This document shows, piece after piece, positions 49,440-62,200 of a stretch of 64,000 nucleotides of DNA. The position numbers and the translations under genes are program-made. The stretch spans positions 17,628,341-17,692,340 of the forward strand of contig NC_083409.1 of assembly GCF_020745735.1 (NCBI RefSeq). Direction: 5' to 3'. A model generated the notes under the pieces. The model was not told the DNA's origin. It worked only from the letters and a program-made list of their open reading frames with translations, and did not search any database. The DNA comes from Hemiscyllium ocellatum. Its lineage: Eukaryota. Positions within the stretch are counted from its first letter, which is position 1. Each line of letters opens with the position of its first letter.

Positions 49440-50050
49440 GAGCTCATTCATTCATCAGCGCTGCTGGAGGCGGGGCCAGTGACGTCACGCCACCCACCAC
49501 GTGGTATTTGCTCACGTGATCACAGGGACCACCTCCTGCTGGTCTTGCCTCAACATGGCGGCAATGAATCGATTGGTCCTTATTCGGTAAAAAAAAGTTG
49601 AACAGACTGAAGTGAAACCGATTATTCAAGCTGTACTTATATTTAAAATAGTAGTTCATAATAATTGGAGTGCGACCGATTCCGTTGCCTTGCACGAATT
49701 CCTCCTTTTCCCTCAGTGGGGGAGGGTATTCTCTGTGTCCGTGTATTGTTTGGGAGGTGGACCCGCCGATGCCGGCTCCGGGGTTGACCGGGACAGCGGG
49801 GGAATGACGTTTTAGAGAAAGCCGTGAGGTTATCCGCCGTGGTGTCATTGCGCAGGCGCGGTACGATCGGACGCAGTGTCATTGCGCAGGCGTGGGATTA
49901 CAGGCCTGAAGTCGTGCGCAGGCGCGCCTCTGACGGCCAATGTGTCGTTGCGCAGGCGCAGCATGACCGGCCACGGTGCACGAGTCTTTGGATCGCGGGG
50001 AATTCAAATTGGAACGGCTCAGTGTCAGAGAGAACAGCCCAGTGAGGCTT
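49440..50050. promoter_or_regulatory. CpG-rich promoter (GC box, CRE, two E-boxes, YY1-like, four NRF1 sites)
   Basis: TGACGTCA 49480; CACGTG 49498 and TCACGTGA 49512; AACATGGCGGC 49552; TGCGCAGGCG at 49849, 49883, 49915, 49949; CpG density far above the flanks. Confidence 0.8.
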
Positions 50051-50589
50051 GGAGCTCCTCTCAGAGTCAAATCTAACACCAAGACTGTCCAGACTGGCTT
50101 CACCTACTGTTGTAATGGAGACTGGATTCAAAGCAATTACTTTAATCTACAGTTGGAGGAAATCCCTGCTCATCTGTGATTACGGAAAACAAAAATGTAG
50201 TGGATGTGTGTGTCCTGCTGGTGCAGCATTATTGTTCACACCGAGTTACCTTTGAGTAGGTGGCAGTGGGCTGTCTTGAACCACTGCAGTGTGTGAGCTG
50301 TAGGTAGATCCGCAGTGCCCTTGGGTGGAGTTCCTGGATATTGAACCAGTGATAGTGAAGGAGTGTCAGTATATTTCTAAGTTAGGATGGTGAGTGGCTT
50401 GAAGAGGAATTTGCAGGTAGTAGTTTTCCCATATATCTGACTTTGTTCTTTTAGATGGAAGGTTTTATTTTTGAAGCAGCTGTTCAATAACTGTCATAGT
50501 TGAGGAGGGAATAAAGGTTAAATTTATTTTGGCTACAAACACATCCATAGAATTGGGACTAAATGAGAACAGCCCCTGAGCTGCCGGCT

Positions 50590-50809
50590 GGATACCAGAG
50601 GAGAGGTGTTTTTGGAGGATTGTGTGTAGATTGAGACGGAGAAAAAAACAATTTACTTCGGTCATCGTGTTGGATGTGACTTGGTTAAGAGTCATTTAAA
50701 AAATGTGGCAAATTACGAACTTGATTGGAAGGATTTACATGTAGAATTTGGGAAAGATGAGCACAGATTTGAGGCAACAACATGTTATATGAAAATTAGC
50801 AGGCACTGA
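50590..50809 (+). pseudogene. Coding-like remnant of an unidentified gene, directly left of the ERV
   Basis: GEVFLEDCV*IETEKKTIYFGHRVGCDLVKSHLKNVANYELDWKDLHVEFGKDEHRFEATTCYMKISRH: protein-like composition with one in-frame stop. Confidence 0.45.
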
Positions 50810-52457
50810 TGTTAAAGTACAGATTTGAGATGGCCCAGGGAATCCCTTGTGACCTCAGACCTGTAAGCCTCTCTTGGTTTGTCCTGGCGATCGTACTGAG
50901 TCTGGCATAGCCTGGAATAAAACCATCTTACAGACAGTTTAGTTTAATTTTAGTCTTCCCCTTTATTTACCAATAACATCACTGTTACAACATAACACTG
51001 GTACTTATTAGCCAAACTAGTTAAGGTTCTAAAACCTGAGGAGAGTAGTGACCAGCTCTCTGTCACAAACAGGGTTCCTTTATACAACATTTTACAAAAA
51101 CACTGCATTTGATTAGACTTAAACAATTCATTAAACAGACAATATTGGAAAGGCAGTTATTCATAAGGAAGAGAAGTTAATTGACAGGTCCGTGTGTGCC
51201 TAATTAATTACTCCTACAGCCCGTAGTCATCCATCAGGTGGGAAAAACTGATTCAGCCGAGTCAGGCACCTGTTGGTGGTAGAGTCCTTTCTATAAGGAG
51301 GCACCAGTCAAAACTAAGTGGGAGAAGTCATAAGGTAACCTCGCATGTCAGGTCTCATGTTTCACAAAATGGCTTCTTAGCTCGGGAAGGCAAACTTTGA
51401 CTGTAAAAACTGGCTTCCTCATAGATTGTGTCAGAATCTCTTCAATGTTGGGTTAGAATAATTTTTAAACTAGGAGCAGACTCGAGCTTTTTATCTTAAG
51501 AAAACAATCATTCTGAACCTGAGGCTGAATTGTTTCTGTAAGGTTGTATTTCAAATGATTCATTTGTCTCGAATTAGACATTTTTTTTCTCTTCAGGATT
51601 CTGACTCAAATTCAAAGAGGACATCGATCTGGCTTGTTAGAATTGACGGTGGGGCAGTCATTGCCTGTAAGAACAGCAAGTAAGTTAAAGCTTTGTCAGC
51701 ATTACCTTTTACAGAATTTGCATTTTATACGATGGTTTCTCAAAATAATCATAAAGTTCCACAATGCAATTATGTTCAAAACAAGGGTTATAGAGAACCC
51801 CGGAACAGGATACTGATTGTGGATAATCAGCCATGGCCATAATAAATGGTGGTGCTAGCTCGAAGGGCTGAATGGCCTACTCCTGCACCTGTTTTCTATA
51901 TTGAATCCACAACAAGTAAGCGTGCATTCAAACCAAACCACAGTTAATTTTCTATTGGCTTTGGCAATCTCAGCGTTATAATGTTGTTCTCTCATTCTCT
52001 CTCTAGTGTCTTTTTGAACACCCAAGTTAGGGACTGTAACAGAATAATGTTTTTCCCTTTCTGTCTACCGAGCCTGCAAGGGTAATAAGAATCCAGTATA
52101 ATTGCTATGACCTGACCATTAATTACAAGGCTTTTGACATGCTTGCAGGATGATACCAAGTCAGAGATCAGAATCAAACAGTCATTAATTTCACAAGTAA
52201 ACACACGTGAGTGTTATCACTCTATGTCCTGTTTACACAGATTCATTGCTGTTAAGGCAAATGTTCTTAATTACTTTGGAGCATCCTGTTACCACTTGGT
52301 GAGAACAGATGTTTTTATCTTCTGCACATCCTGGGTTCCCCCTTTTGTGGCCTGGTGCCTCCCTGGCTGTCCTGTTTATTTTCTACTGTGCAACAAATGT
52401 GTTCTATAATTCAACATTACATTTAGTCGAAATGTTTTAAGGCTATAAACTTTCTCA
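50810..52457 (-). mobile_element. ERV 3' LTR (~1.65 kb)
   Basis: tgttaaagtacagatttgagat...aaggctataaactttctca; polypurine tract immediately adjacent (ttccctcccttt 52458-52469). Confidence 0.85.
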
Positions 52458-52539
52458 TTCCCTCCCTTTGTCATTTCATGACAACTACATAGCTTATACA
52501 AGTATAATTAGTCCATTCAGTCTATTTGTATTCTCAATA

Positions 52540-54900
52540 ATTTGAGTGCTTCCTCCTGCGAGTCATTGTCCGGAGGATCAGAGAGGAAAGATACTGGATT
52601 TCGATGGAGACGTTCAGACGTGGAGCTACAGAGGTAGGCAAGGGTCGATTAACAAGATTGCTTTTTGCCTTAGCCAAAGAGGAATGTATGGTCCATTCCA
52701 TGCACAAGTGGACGACACTGTATATTCCTCAGATGAGACTGAGGACTATCAGTACCTTCCACATGATCCATCCAGACAGCGACCAAAGCCAGCAATTAAC
52801 ACTCTATCCATATGGATCGGACAACAGTTGGGCAGGTATCTTCCCTGCACCTTGACCCGTTTTGTTGATAACATCTATGTTGTCCAAAATGTCTTTAGAA
52901 AAATCATTGATGTAGATGCAACATTGCGGGCCAATAACAGAACAAGCACCTCCTCCTTTAGCAAGGAGGAAATGTAGCACTAGCCAATTCTGAAGTGTTA
53001 CCATCCAGGTCTCCTGTACCTCTTTGTTCACCAGCTTCAAAGCGTGGGCAGTTGAGTTGGCAAGTTTTCTGATGTCATATGCAAGGTCAGTTGTCTGATC
53101 TCGGGCCTTCTCAACATCCCAGCCAGGAGTAAGGCCTCCCAGCAACTTGCATCACCAGGTTTATTGATGGAAAGTTGTGTAAGTCCTGTTTGTATTTCCT
53201 TATTTCCTCTACTTTTTGTTCCATACTGCTTCACATGTTGGTAGGCGTTCATTCATCACCTACCTCAGATACTTCATGGTGGAGGGTAACAAATGGTAAA
53301 TTTTGTACGAGGGCACAACATTGGTACCAGTCATTGGGTAGATATGGGTAGCCTTTGTTTTCACATCGCCAATGAAGGCTAAAAGGAGTTCCAAAGGCGC
53401 ACTTCTGTGAGTGAATGACGGGTCCACACAGGGCAAGACCTGACTCTAATAAACAGCGGGTGCTATCAAACGTTTGGATGTCCAAGTGTATTAATGAATG
53501 AAGATCAGGAGTATCACCAGTGTCTTTGATAACATTTTTACACAGTGCTGGCTTCACATTCCCCATGTCGTGAGTGGCAGAAGTTCTTTCAACGCACCAT
53601 TCTAGTGCACTTCACACAGCGACGTGCTTCTTCTACCGAATGGGTTTTGCCAGCATAAGTGAGGGGTTGCATAAGTGTGAGAGTCCTATTTGTACACTGG
53701 ACATCAGAATGATGGAAGAGTGAGCAAATAACACACGGATCAAGGGTTTAGCTTGAATCAAGAAACCATTGGTAACAGATGGGAGATTGGGAGTACATAG
53801 TATTTTTGATCTTTCTTCAGCTTTCCATTATGTCGTCTGAATTACAGTAGCTATTGAATATAGGAACTGTATACAGAGGAACCTTGATTATCCAAGTGAG
53901 ATGGGCTGGCACTATTTCATTCAGATAATTGATTGATTATTTGGTTAATTGATTTCCTCTGGGTCTGCGAAGTCTGATCCCCGATCAGGAGACTCAGCAA
54001 AAGCACATTGCTTGCGAGAACCTGTCTGCCCCCAACCCCATCGTCTGTCCAATCCCAGCCCGCCCCCCTCGCCCGGTCCCAACCCCACTCCCCCAACTCT
54101 GCACCCCCATCCATCCCCACCCACCATCCGAATCCCCGACTGCGTGCTTCCCCCCCCCCCCCCCCCCCCCCCCCACTGTGGGGCAGCCGGACTGTACACC
54201 AATAGTAAGACTGCTGCTGCCTTTGTGGGATAAGTCTCCAAATAGCGCGTGCAACATTTTGACAGGTTCTGCCTCTGCCCTGTACAGGGCAACGTTGGAG
54301 TGATAATCTGGGGATTTGGGGGGGGCGTGGTTTGGCATTCACCTCTGTGTAGAAGTCCAGGGAGAGTGTTGGGGGAGGGAGAGAGAAGGCAGGTCAGCCA
54401 TTTGGAGATGGTTCCTGGACTGTTCAGGACTGTCCTCGGCAGCATTTCAGTGAGCTGAATTTGCTTTTGCTCATTGTACCTGTAAACGGAAGACGTGATC
54501 AGGATTGAAATTGCTCTTTGACGTAATGTTTCTATCGGGACCTTAAGATCACCTTCGGATAATCCAATATTTGGATTAATGAGGAACCTATGTAAAGGTA
54601 TTTCTGTCAGTGGTGGTAGGTCAGATAGGAGAAGATGCCATTGAGAAGGCATAGGTTGTCTGTCTCATGGCGAAAGGTGCCTGAGGGTTTGGTGATTTTG
54701 GTACTATGTGCTCAATACTGTAATCCGTAAGGTTCATTTTGAGGGGGGAACAGACAAACATTTCAAAGTAACAGTTTTCGGTTGATGGAGTGGCTGAGGT
54801 TATGGAATTGTGCCATCTCATGATGGCTGGCATGGAAGTGTTGCGAGGATGATGACAAGGTCGAGAGTGATATTTGGATACAAAATGTGAGCAGTTTAAC
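52540..54900 (-). pseudogene. env: ERV env (gamma-type), disrupted
   Basis: ALKLVNKEVQETWMVTLQNWLVLHFLLAKGGGACSVIGPQCCIYI (ISD-like LQN.. plus CX6CC); hydrophobic TM downstream; stops and frameshifts. Confidence 0.85.
53872..54190 (+). mobile_element. Possible pogo/Tigger-like DNA-transposon fragment inside env
   Basis: TA+cagaggaaccttgattatcc resembles a Tigger TIR; GC/poly-C body unlike env; no matching right TIR seen. Confidence 0.4.
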
Positions 54901-55005
54901 CGAGTTTCAGCTGGGTAGCTGCATTCATAACTTCCAATGTATTAGTACAGGTTTCATATATACAGTACCTTGGAGTTTTAGCCAGTCTAAGATATCATAG
55001 GTCGG

Positions 55006-57005
55006 TTACATCTGGACGTATGTACTTGGGTTCGGTTTTCGTCGGATACCTGTATCAGTACTAACACAGGACTGTGAGGGGGATACACACTTGCAATGTC
55101 CTTTGTCGACCCATGTTGAACATCCTTCTACCTTTACTGCAGTTTCAGTTGTCAGAAGAGCTTGATAAGGACCTTTCCAGCGAGGGCCCAATGTTTGATG
55201 ATTAAAGTCTTTCAATCGGATGTAGTCACCAGGGTTGATATTTTTAAGCATTGGAGCTCGCTCTTCATCCTTCCCTGGTACTCGATAGGCTGCTTTGACC
55301 TGTTGATGATACGACTGCAATGCTTTGGTCAGCTTAATCAGATACGTGTGCATTTCTTCTGCCATGATATGCCCATCAACAGGGTGTTGGGGAGTTAATG
55401 GTGCAGACCAGGGAGTCCTCAGGAGCTTTCCATATATCAGTTCAGCCGCTGAGAATCCCGTCTTTTTCTATGTCATGGTTTTCTCATATTTAAAAAGGGC
55501 TTTTGGGAATACTTGAAGCCAATTACGACCAGTTTCTTTCACCAACTTGCTGAGCTGACCTTTTTAACTTACAATTGGCTCTTTCTACAATTCCCGCTGC
55601 TTGGAGATGGTTGGCACAATGGAATTTCTGACTTGTATTCAAATTCTTACATAGTGGCTTGGTTAGCTCCGCACAGAAGTGGGAACCATTATCGGAAAAG
55701 ACCATTAATGGTATTCCAAATCTGGGTATGATTTCCCTCAACAGAATTTTACAAGTAGTTGTTGCTGTGCAGTCAGTACACGGATAAACTCCAATCCATT
55801 TGTTAAATACATTGATTATCACTCAGCAATACTTATAACAATGGCATCTTGGTGACTGTCTAAAATTTCAATGGATCGTGTCAAAAGGTGCACTTGGCAA
55901 GGGAATTTCACCTGGGAGACACTTCACTCCTTTCCTGAGATTAATGTTTTGACAAATTTGGCAATTTGAAGCTGTTTGTTTTGATTTTTCTTGCAGGTGG
56001 GAATTCCACCAATTTGGAGAATTCTGTCCACCATTCCCTCCTTAACTTTTCCATGTGTATGTGTATGAACATGATCAACTAGAAAAGGCAGAAGTGAATC
56101 GGGCAGACATGTGTATTCTACCAGCGTAACCCAAAGCTTATTGTAGCTATTTACATAACAACAATGGTTCATCCATTTTTGTTTTCATTAATAAGAGGTG
56201 TCTCCCTGATGGATCCAAATTTCTTTTAGGTCAGGCAGGGTCGGGGTGTGAGAAGAGAAATCGGAGAGTCTCCCTTTGGTTTCTGATTCGTCATTTGAGT
56301 AACCAGGTCTTTTTGCTCAAAAGCTGTTTTCTCAGCAGCTGTGTCAGCGGCATTGGTGCTTTTAGTGACATCAGCAGCATCAGAGGAGTGAGCCGAACAT
56401 TTGACAATTGCCGATTGAAAGGAAAGTTGATTAGCACTGAGGAGATTAGCAACATAGGCAGCATTGAGGCTCGGGGTTCCTGATGAGGTAAGGAAGCTGT
56501 GCTGCTGCCAGAGTTCATCATGGGCACATCCAAAGGGAATCAGTATCGATATGAGCTGACTTTCCTTCAGCAAGTATGCAGGCACGGGTGAGAGCAAGGA
56601 GTTCATCTTGCTGGGCGGGGCAGGGTGGATCGACGGAATAATCTTCTGTTGGATGGGACAAAGTGACAATCGTGTATCCTGACATGTGTTTGCCCTCTGG
56701 AGATAGAGAAGAAGAACCATCGAATGGAGCGTGGTTAATGTTACAGCAGTATTTGAAGGGGAGAAGTGGATTCTAAAGTAATGAAATCTCATAGCAACTT
56801 AGATGAGCCACAGTTCGGTGTTGAGTATGTTTAGAAGTAAGTAAGGATACCACGGAATGCGAGATACAGACTTCTACATTTTGATGTAAAGTTATATTAG
56901 AGGCAGCCAATACCATAGGATGGATGGTGAGGAGAATCTGGGTGCAGGAAGGCATACCCTGTGCAACAGGATCCAGCTTAGTGGAGTATTAGGCAGCAGG
57001 GCACC
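55006..57005 (-). pseudogene. pol: ERV pol remnant: RT connection, RNase H, integrase
   Basis: YSTKLDPVAQGMPSC; IVKCSAH...NAADTAAEK; EIIPRFGIPLMVFSDNGSHF..HLQAAGIVERAN; GPRWKGPYQALLTTETAVKVEG. Confidence 0.9.
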
Positions 57006-57009
57006 AAGA

Positions 57010-58330
57010 GGAGCCATGTTGCTGGGTAAGAACTGCTATAGGATGGAAAGGATGGAAAAGGGTTTTGTGCAATAAAAGGGCAAACCTGCTGAGGTCCCTG
57101 GGGAGGGTGACCAAGAGGTTGCCAGCTGCTTCCACTCCGGCGATCAACCGGGGGCTGCTTTGGGAAAAGGCAGTTCTTGGACCAATGTCCAGGTTGATTA
57201 CGGTTGAAACAAATGTGTGATTGTTGGGGGACTCGAGGAGCTGGGGGAGGCAGTGAAGATGAGTGAGAGGATGGGTAAGGGGCACCATGGACTGTTGGGG
57301 AGGATACAGAGGAGGACCCCAAGATCCATTGGGATGTTGTGTATCCACGGTACCAGTAAAATGCCACAGACGGTAAATACTAATTAGGAGTCAGGGTTGG
57401 AATTGCCAGCCTGTACATTGATCTAATCCTGCTCATCGAAATTTTAAATTGTATTCTGGTTGTTTTAAAGTCGAACTGAAATACTTCTCTTGGAAAAAAC
57501 TAACAAGGTTTTGGTTCTTTCAGCAAGGCATCATATCCTTTCACCATCTGGTTAAAGAGTACAAGCTGGTTTTAAAAGCAGCAGTTAGATTTGATCAAAA
57601 TCAGTGGCCTTCAGTTCCCTTATCAGTGCAACTGTAGCACTCCTAACACACAGGGACAAATGATTCATTGGGGAAGGGCATGGCCCTTAGCACGTTCATC
57701 CTCCGAATGGGGAGGGGAGTTCTGGCGATGTTTTGTTTTATGCAGCATGTTTGCCTTGGCCGTACTGTGGGTGTGTTTTGAGGGGGGACCCGGAGGAAGT
57801 CGGCTGACAGGACGGGAGGCGTAAAATATTTCCTCCTCTGTATCAGTGTCCCATTCCTCATCCGCAGATGGATCAGGATTCTTTAGTAATGGGTCTTTGG
57901 GAGAGGTGGGGTATAAGGAACTGTCTTTGTCGTCAGTCTGGTCCTGCGCGGCTACAGCTGCAGTCTGTTGTTTATTCACCGGGTTTCCCTTTTCTTTGGG
58001 ACCCCTGACATTTCAGCGTAGGTTCTGAACCTTTACTTTGTTTTATTTTCTCCATCGCCAATTCCAGTTCTGCTTCTAAATCATGTGCTTCACATTTGCA
58101 TTTTAGTTCTGTCCAATCTAGTTCAGATCCTTCCTCAGTTAATGGACTAATTCCCCTCGTAATACAGTTTTGTCTCCATGATGATTGCATCGCTTTGTCC
58201 CATTTTTCCCTATCTACCTTTTCCCACGCTGATATGGCTTCTTTCTGTTTACTTCCCTTTTTTCCCCAAATCCCTTGTTCACTTTTAATGCGCACCCATA
58301 TTTATCCTATTTATTTTAAATCTTCACAGA
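57010..58330 (-). pseudogene. gag: ERV gag remnant (matrix-like region, Pro-rich region, nucleocapsid)
   Basis: Degenerate CCHC knuckle ICFNRNQPGHWSKNC; PPGPP-rich stretch; positioned downstream of the PBS. Confidence 0.75.
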
Positions 58331-58557
58331 ACTGCTGATCTACAGGGGCTCCAACCCCACAAAACACAGGGGCCTCTAACCCCACAAGATTCTGTTTTTA
58401 GTACCTATTTAAACAATCTCATTTTGGGTACTGTCCGGGTACCGTGAGAATGAAATGGGGGAAGCAGCACACAAAGAAACAGACCGAGAGCAATTGAGAC
58501 CGACCCTTGGGTGAAGCTGCTCTTTTCTGGTTTCATTCAAACGCATCCCTTGTTGGA

Positions 58558-58575
58558 ACCCTGCTCGCAGCGCCA
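58558..58575 (-). promoter_or_regulatory. Primer-binding site, tRNA-Ser
   Basis: TGGCGCTGCGAGCAGGGT 3 nt from the 5' LTR; complementary to the ...ACCCTGCTCGC(A/T)GCG-CCA 3' end of vertebrate tRNA-Ser (recalled, not searched). Confidence 0.8.
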
Positions 58576-58578
58576 AAT

Positions 58579-59222
58579 TGATAAAGTACAGATTTGAGAT
58601 TGCCCAGGGAATCCCTTGTGAACTCAACCTGTAAGCCCCTTGGTTCATCCCGGAGATCGTACTTTTGGAAGTCTGGAATAAAACATTAACCTCTTCCAGA
58701 CAGTCCAGTTTAATTTTAGTCATCCCCTTAATTTACTAATAACATCACTGTTCCAACATAACACTGACACCTATAAGCCAGGTTGACTGGATTCTAAAAA
58801 CCCAGGGGAGTAGGATATCGCTCTTCCTTCAAGAGCCCTGGCAGGTTACTCTGTTGTACTATCACAGACAGGCTACCGTTATACGAATGTTTACATACGC
58901 TGTACTGTCAAGAATAGGCTTTCTTTGGACAAAAAGTTAACAAAAGCACTGCTTGTTCTAAATGAGACAGATAACAGTGAAGGACAATAATTTGGGAGAG
59001 AAGTTAATTGACACCAAATTATTAATTTCACAAAGGGTCAGCTGTGAATGTTATCACTTGGTGTCCTCTTCATGCAGATTCTCTGATGCTCAGGAAAATG
59101 TTCTTAATTGCCTTACACTCCAGCCTCTCTATTTTCTGTGGACAGCAAATGTGTTCTATAATTCAACATTACATTTTAGTCTAAAAGTTACAGGACAAGT
59201 TTTAAGGCTATAGACTTTCTCA
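58579..59222 (-). mobile_element. ERV 5' LTR (~640 bp)
   Basis: tgataaagtacagatttgagattgcccagggaatcccttgtg...aaggctatagactttctca, homologous to 50810-52457. Confidence 0.87.
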
Positions 59223-62200
59223 AACAAAACGTAAGAGAGCTTGCCCAAGTCTGGTAAGGAGGACCGATTGGCAAACTTGAATAAAGACCAGAATGAAGAA
59301 CACACTAATGGACTGATGTGTTCAGAGAGAAGGCATCCAAGGCAGCACTGGAGACAGACACCAATATTAATGCTGATGTGTCTGTGTGTTCTTCCAGTAC
59401 ACAAAGGGAGGACTTTTCACTAAGTATCCACAAGAACTCCAACTCCTCTGTTGGGTTTACTGAACAGGGAAAAGCACCAACTCGAGACTCAATTTAAAGT
59501 ACCATTCCTCGAGCCTCCATCTGAGGAATTTCATGTGGAACACATGGACATTAAAGGAGAGGAACCCAAGGACAATCGTGAGGATAGTGAAGACTTTAAC
59601 AGAGATGATCTGAAGAGCAGTGATTCAAAGGCCAATTCTTTGGTTGATATGATATTGTCTTCCTTTTGTCAAGGATTTCTTGCTATTGAACAATTGCAAG
59701 AAATCACAAAGTCTGTAGCTGAGAAGGTTTGGCTCACTAATCAATGATTCCAGTTCAAATTGGATATTGAATCCTGGCCCAGGTCACCTTCCAAGGATCT
59801 AGAGGAGGAACACAAGACTGATATCCCATTGGACACATTTGAAAGTGATGATGATAAGGAGGAAGTATTATCTTCAGATCTTTGTCCTCGACCTGTAAGT
59901 ACCATGTTTTAACATACTTATAGGATTATCATTATTTCCCAGACAATATGTCAAAATACAACCTCACTTTTTTCAGCAACCTGTTGCAGGTCATCATTTT
60001 TAGAAATTATCCTGAGTGTTCCCCTTTCCCAAGGACCCTTTACCAAAAGACTGTTGTGAGGAATATCTTGATAAATTGTGAAATAAATTTGTGGGTGATA
60101 AAATCAAGCTGTGGGGGATATTCTTAAAATTTCTGGTGTCTCGGTGTTTTCTACCTTGCCCATCAATTCTCAAAGTATGTGTGAGTAGCCTGATTATTTC
60201 TCAAGGATTTAGTGACCATTTCCACTGTGTAATTATAGAGTTCAGAACTGAAAGATTGCTATTGAAATTCAAACCCTTTTCCTCCTGCACTTTTCTGACC
60301 TTCGGTTCAAGGAAGGCAGTGTTTTTAAAGAGGATCTTTGAAACTAAGTTTTGAATCATGCTTTTCAATCTCTGGCTTTTTTAGTGCACACACTGTTTTT
60401 CCAGCGTAGTGTTCTGAAGCAAAGTCTAGAGACTGAATGACCATCTGATTAGAAGAACAGAAGTATTTATGATTTGCACATATTAACATTCATTGGACTA
60501 GTAACATTTTTCATGAAAGTGTTTGACAGGTTCTCATACTGTCCATTTCTTTCTGAGCATTCAGTGTAGGAAATCACAAAGAGGAGATTGGGTCACTTTG
60601 ATTTGACACAGCAACATCCTGACTAAACTGACACATGCTCTTCTGATTTGTCGATATTTGTGTTTACCTATAAAATGAATTCCATCCTGTCTCTAAGTCG
60701 TCAGACATACTCTGAGATATAAAAAGAAGGTTCTCGTTTGTTTGTCTGCCGTTTTTATGCTTTGATTTCAGAGTTTATTAAAACCATGTATTGTTCATTA
60801 ATGTTTTGAAATGAATTTCATCACTTTTGTTCCTGACCTTCAGTTTATAGTTTGACCAACAGTTTGTGTACTTTGCAACAAGGCGGCCTGATGTTTGGCT
60901 CACATGGGCAGGAAGAATTGGCCAAACACCTGGCAGAGTTGGAATTGAGTCGTGAGATGCTCGACGACCTGGTAGATGACCAAGATTGGTTTGATGAGGA
61001 CTTTGGGCTGCGCTGTAGCAAAGTGCAGCAGCCAGTGCAGGAGGCCCAGTCTATGAAGGATATGCCTCTCAAAATCCAAAGGGAACCTCATTTTGCTGTA
61101 CATCATGATGCTTTAGAGGTTGAAATGATGGTTCATGCAGGGGCTGAGGAAGTTGCAGGATCTTGGCCACGATCCAGGAAATCTACAAATACTCCCAGAC
61201 GATCTTGAGAATAATAAATGGAAAGATGTAGAGAGTGTGAGCAAAAGAGTTTCTTGTGAAGTGAGATCCAGCTTTTGCATTTGAACACAAACTTATTTTT
61301 TCTCAGTTAAGCAAGAAAGCTATGGGTTAATAGTGCTCCACAGCAGCTCTGATTGATGATATGTATAACAGAGCATGTTAAAAACATTCTGATGACTGCA
61401 TTGAATTCAATTTACCATTTTGCCCCTTCTCTAAAAGTCCAAACCACTTTCTCCTCCACTGTTTGTACTCTCCCATTATTAATTTAGCATCATCATCATC
61501 ATCCTGTTCTTCATTAAATCCCATCTGTCACAACTTTGCCCACTCGGAGAATCTATATTTTCTGTTTCTATTTACATAATATATGGTGTCTCTTCCAGTC
61601 ACTCATTTTTTTGGAATTCTTCTGTATCATCTCTGTCTTTCCATTGGTTGATAATATAACATAAATTATTAATCATCTTCTTAAAACTCTCCAGAATCTT
61701 ATCTTCCACAGGTCACTCCATAATTTTCAGATGAAGAAAGCCTTAAAGGTTACACTTTTCAGTCTGAATTTGTGCTGTGTTGATGTTCCCAAAATTGACC
61801 CAAATATTCTAAGATCTTATGCAACTTAATGTGGCTTAAATTGTTTGTGTGCAGTTGGAAGAGCCAGGTTTCTTTTAATGGCCATATCTATCACTTTAAA
61901 TGGCCTGTATGTTTGAATACTTTGTGGCATTTTTCTCCGATCTGATTAGGATCTTACAATTTCAGGGGTAATTCCTTTTCTTATCCACTCAATGTATTAC
62001 TTCATCTCACTCTTAACTTCAGTTCCTGAAGTTAAGATGAACTCAACTGTTAAACTGAGAATGATTTGACCTTCCTGAAATGCTGGGTCCGCTGTATGAA
62101 TCCACGTCAGCCCCAGTGTTTATGGTGAGACTTCCCACAGCGCTGATCTTGAGTTATCTACCTACAGTCTATTATAAAGGTGGAACATTTTTGGAATTTG

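Larger units (their letters stand above)
50810..59222 (-). mobile_element. Class I (gamma/epsilon-like) endogenous retrovirus, internally deleted and degraded
   Basis: Paired LTRs, PBS, PPT, gag zinc knuckle, RNase H, integrase, env TM with CX6CC. Confidence 0.93.

Noticed and set aside
52546-52977. 143-aa plus-strand ORF as an ERV antisense accessory gene
   Set aside because: No motif or codon evidence; best explained as an antisense frame of env TM.
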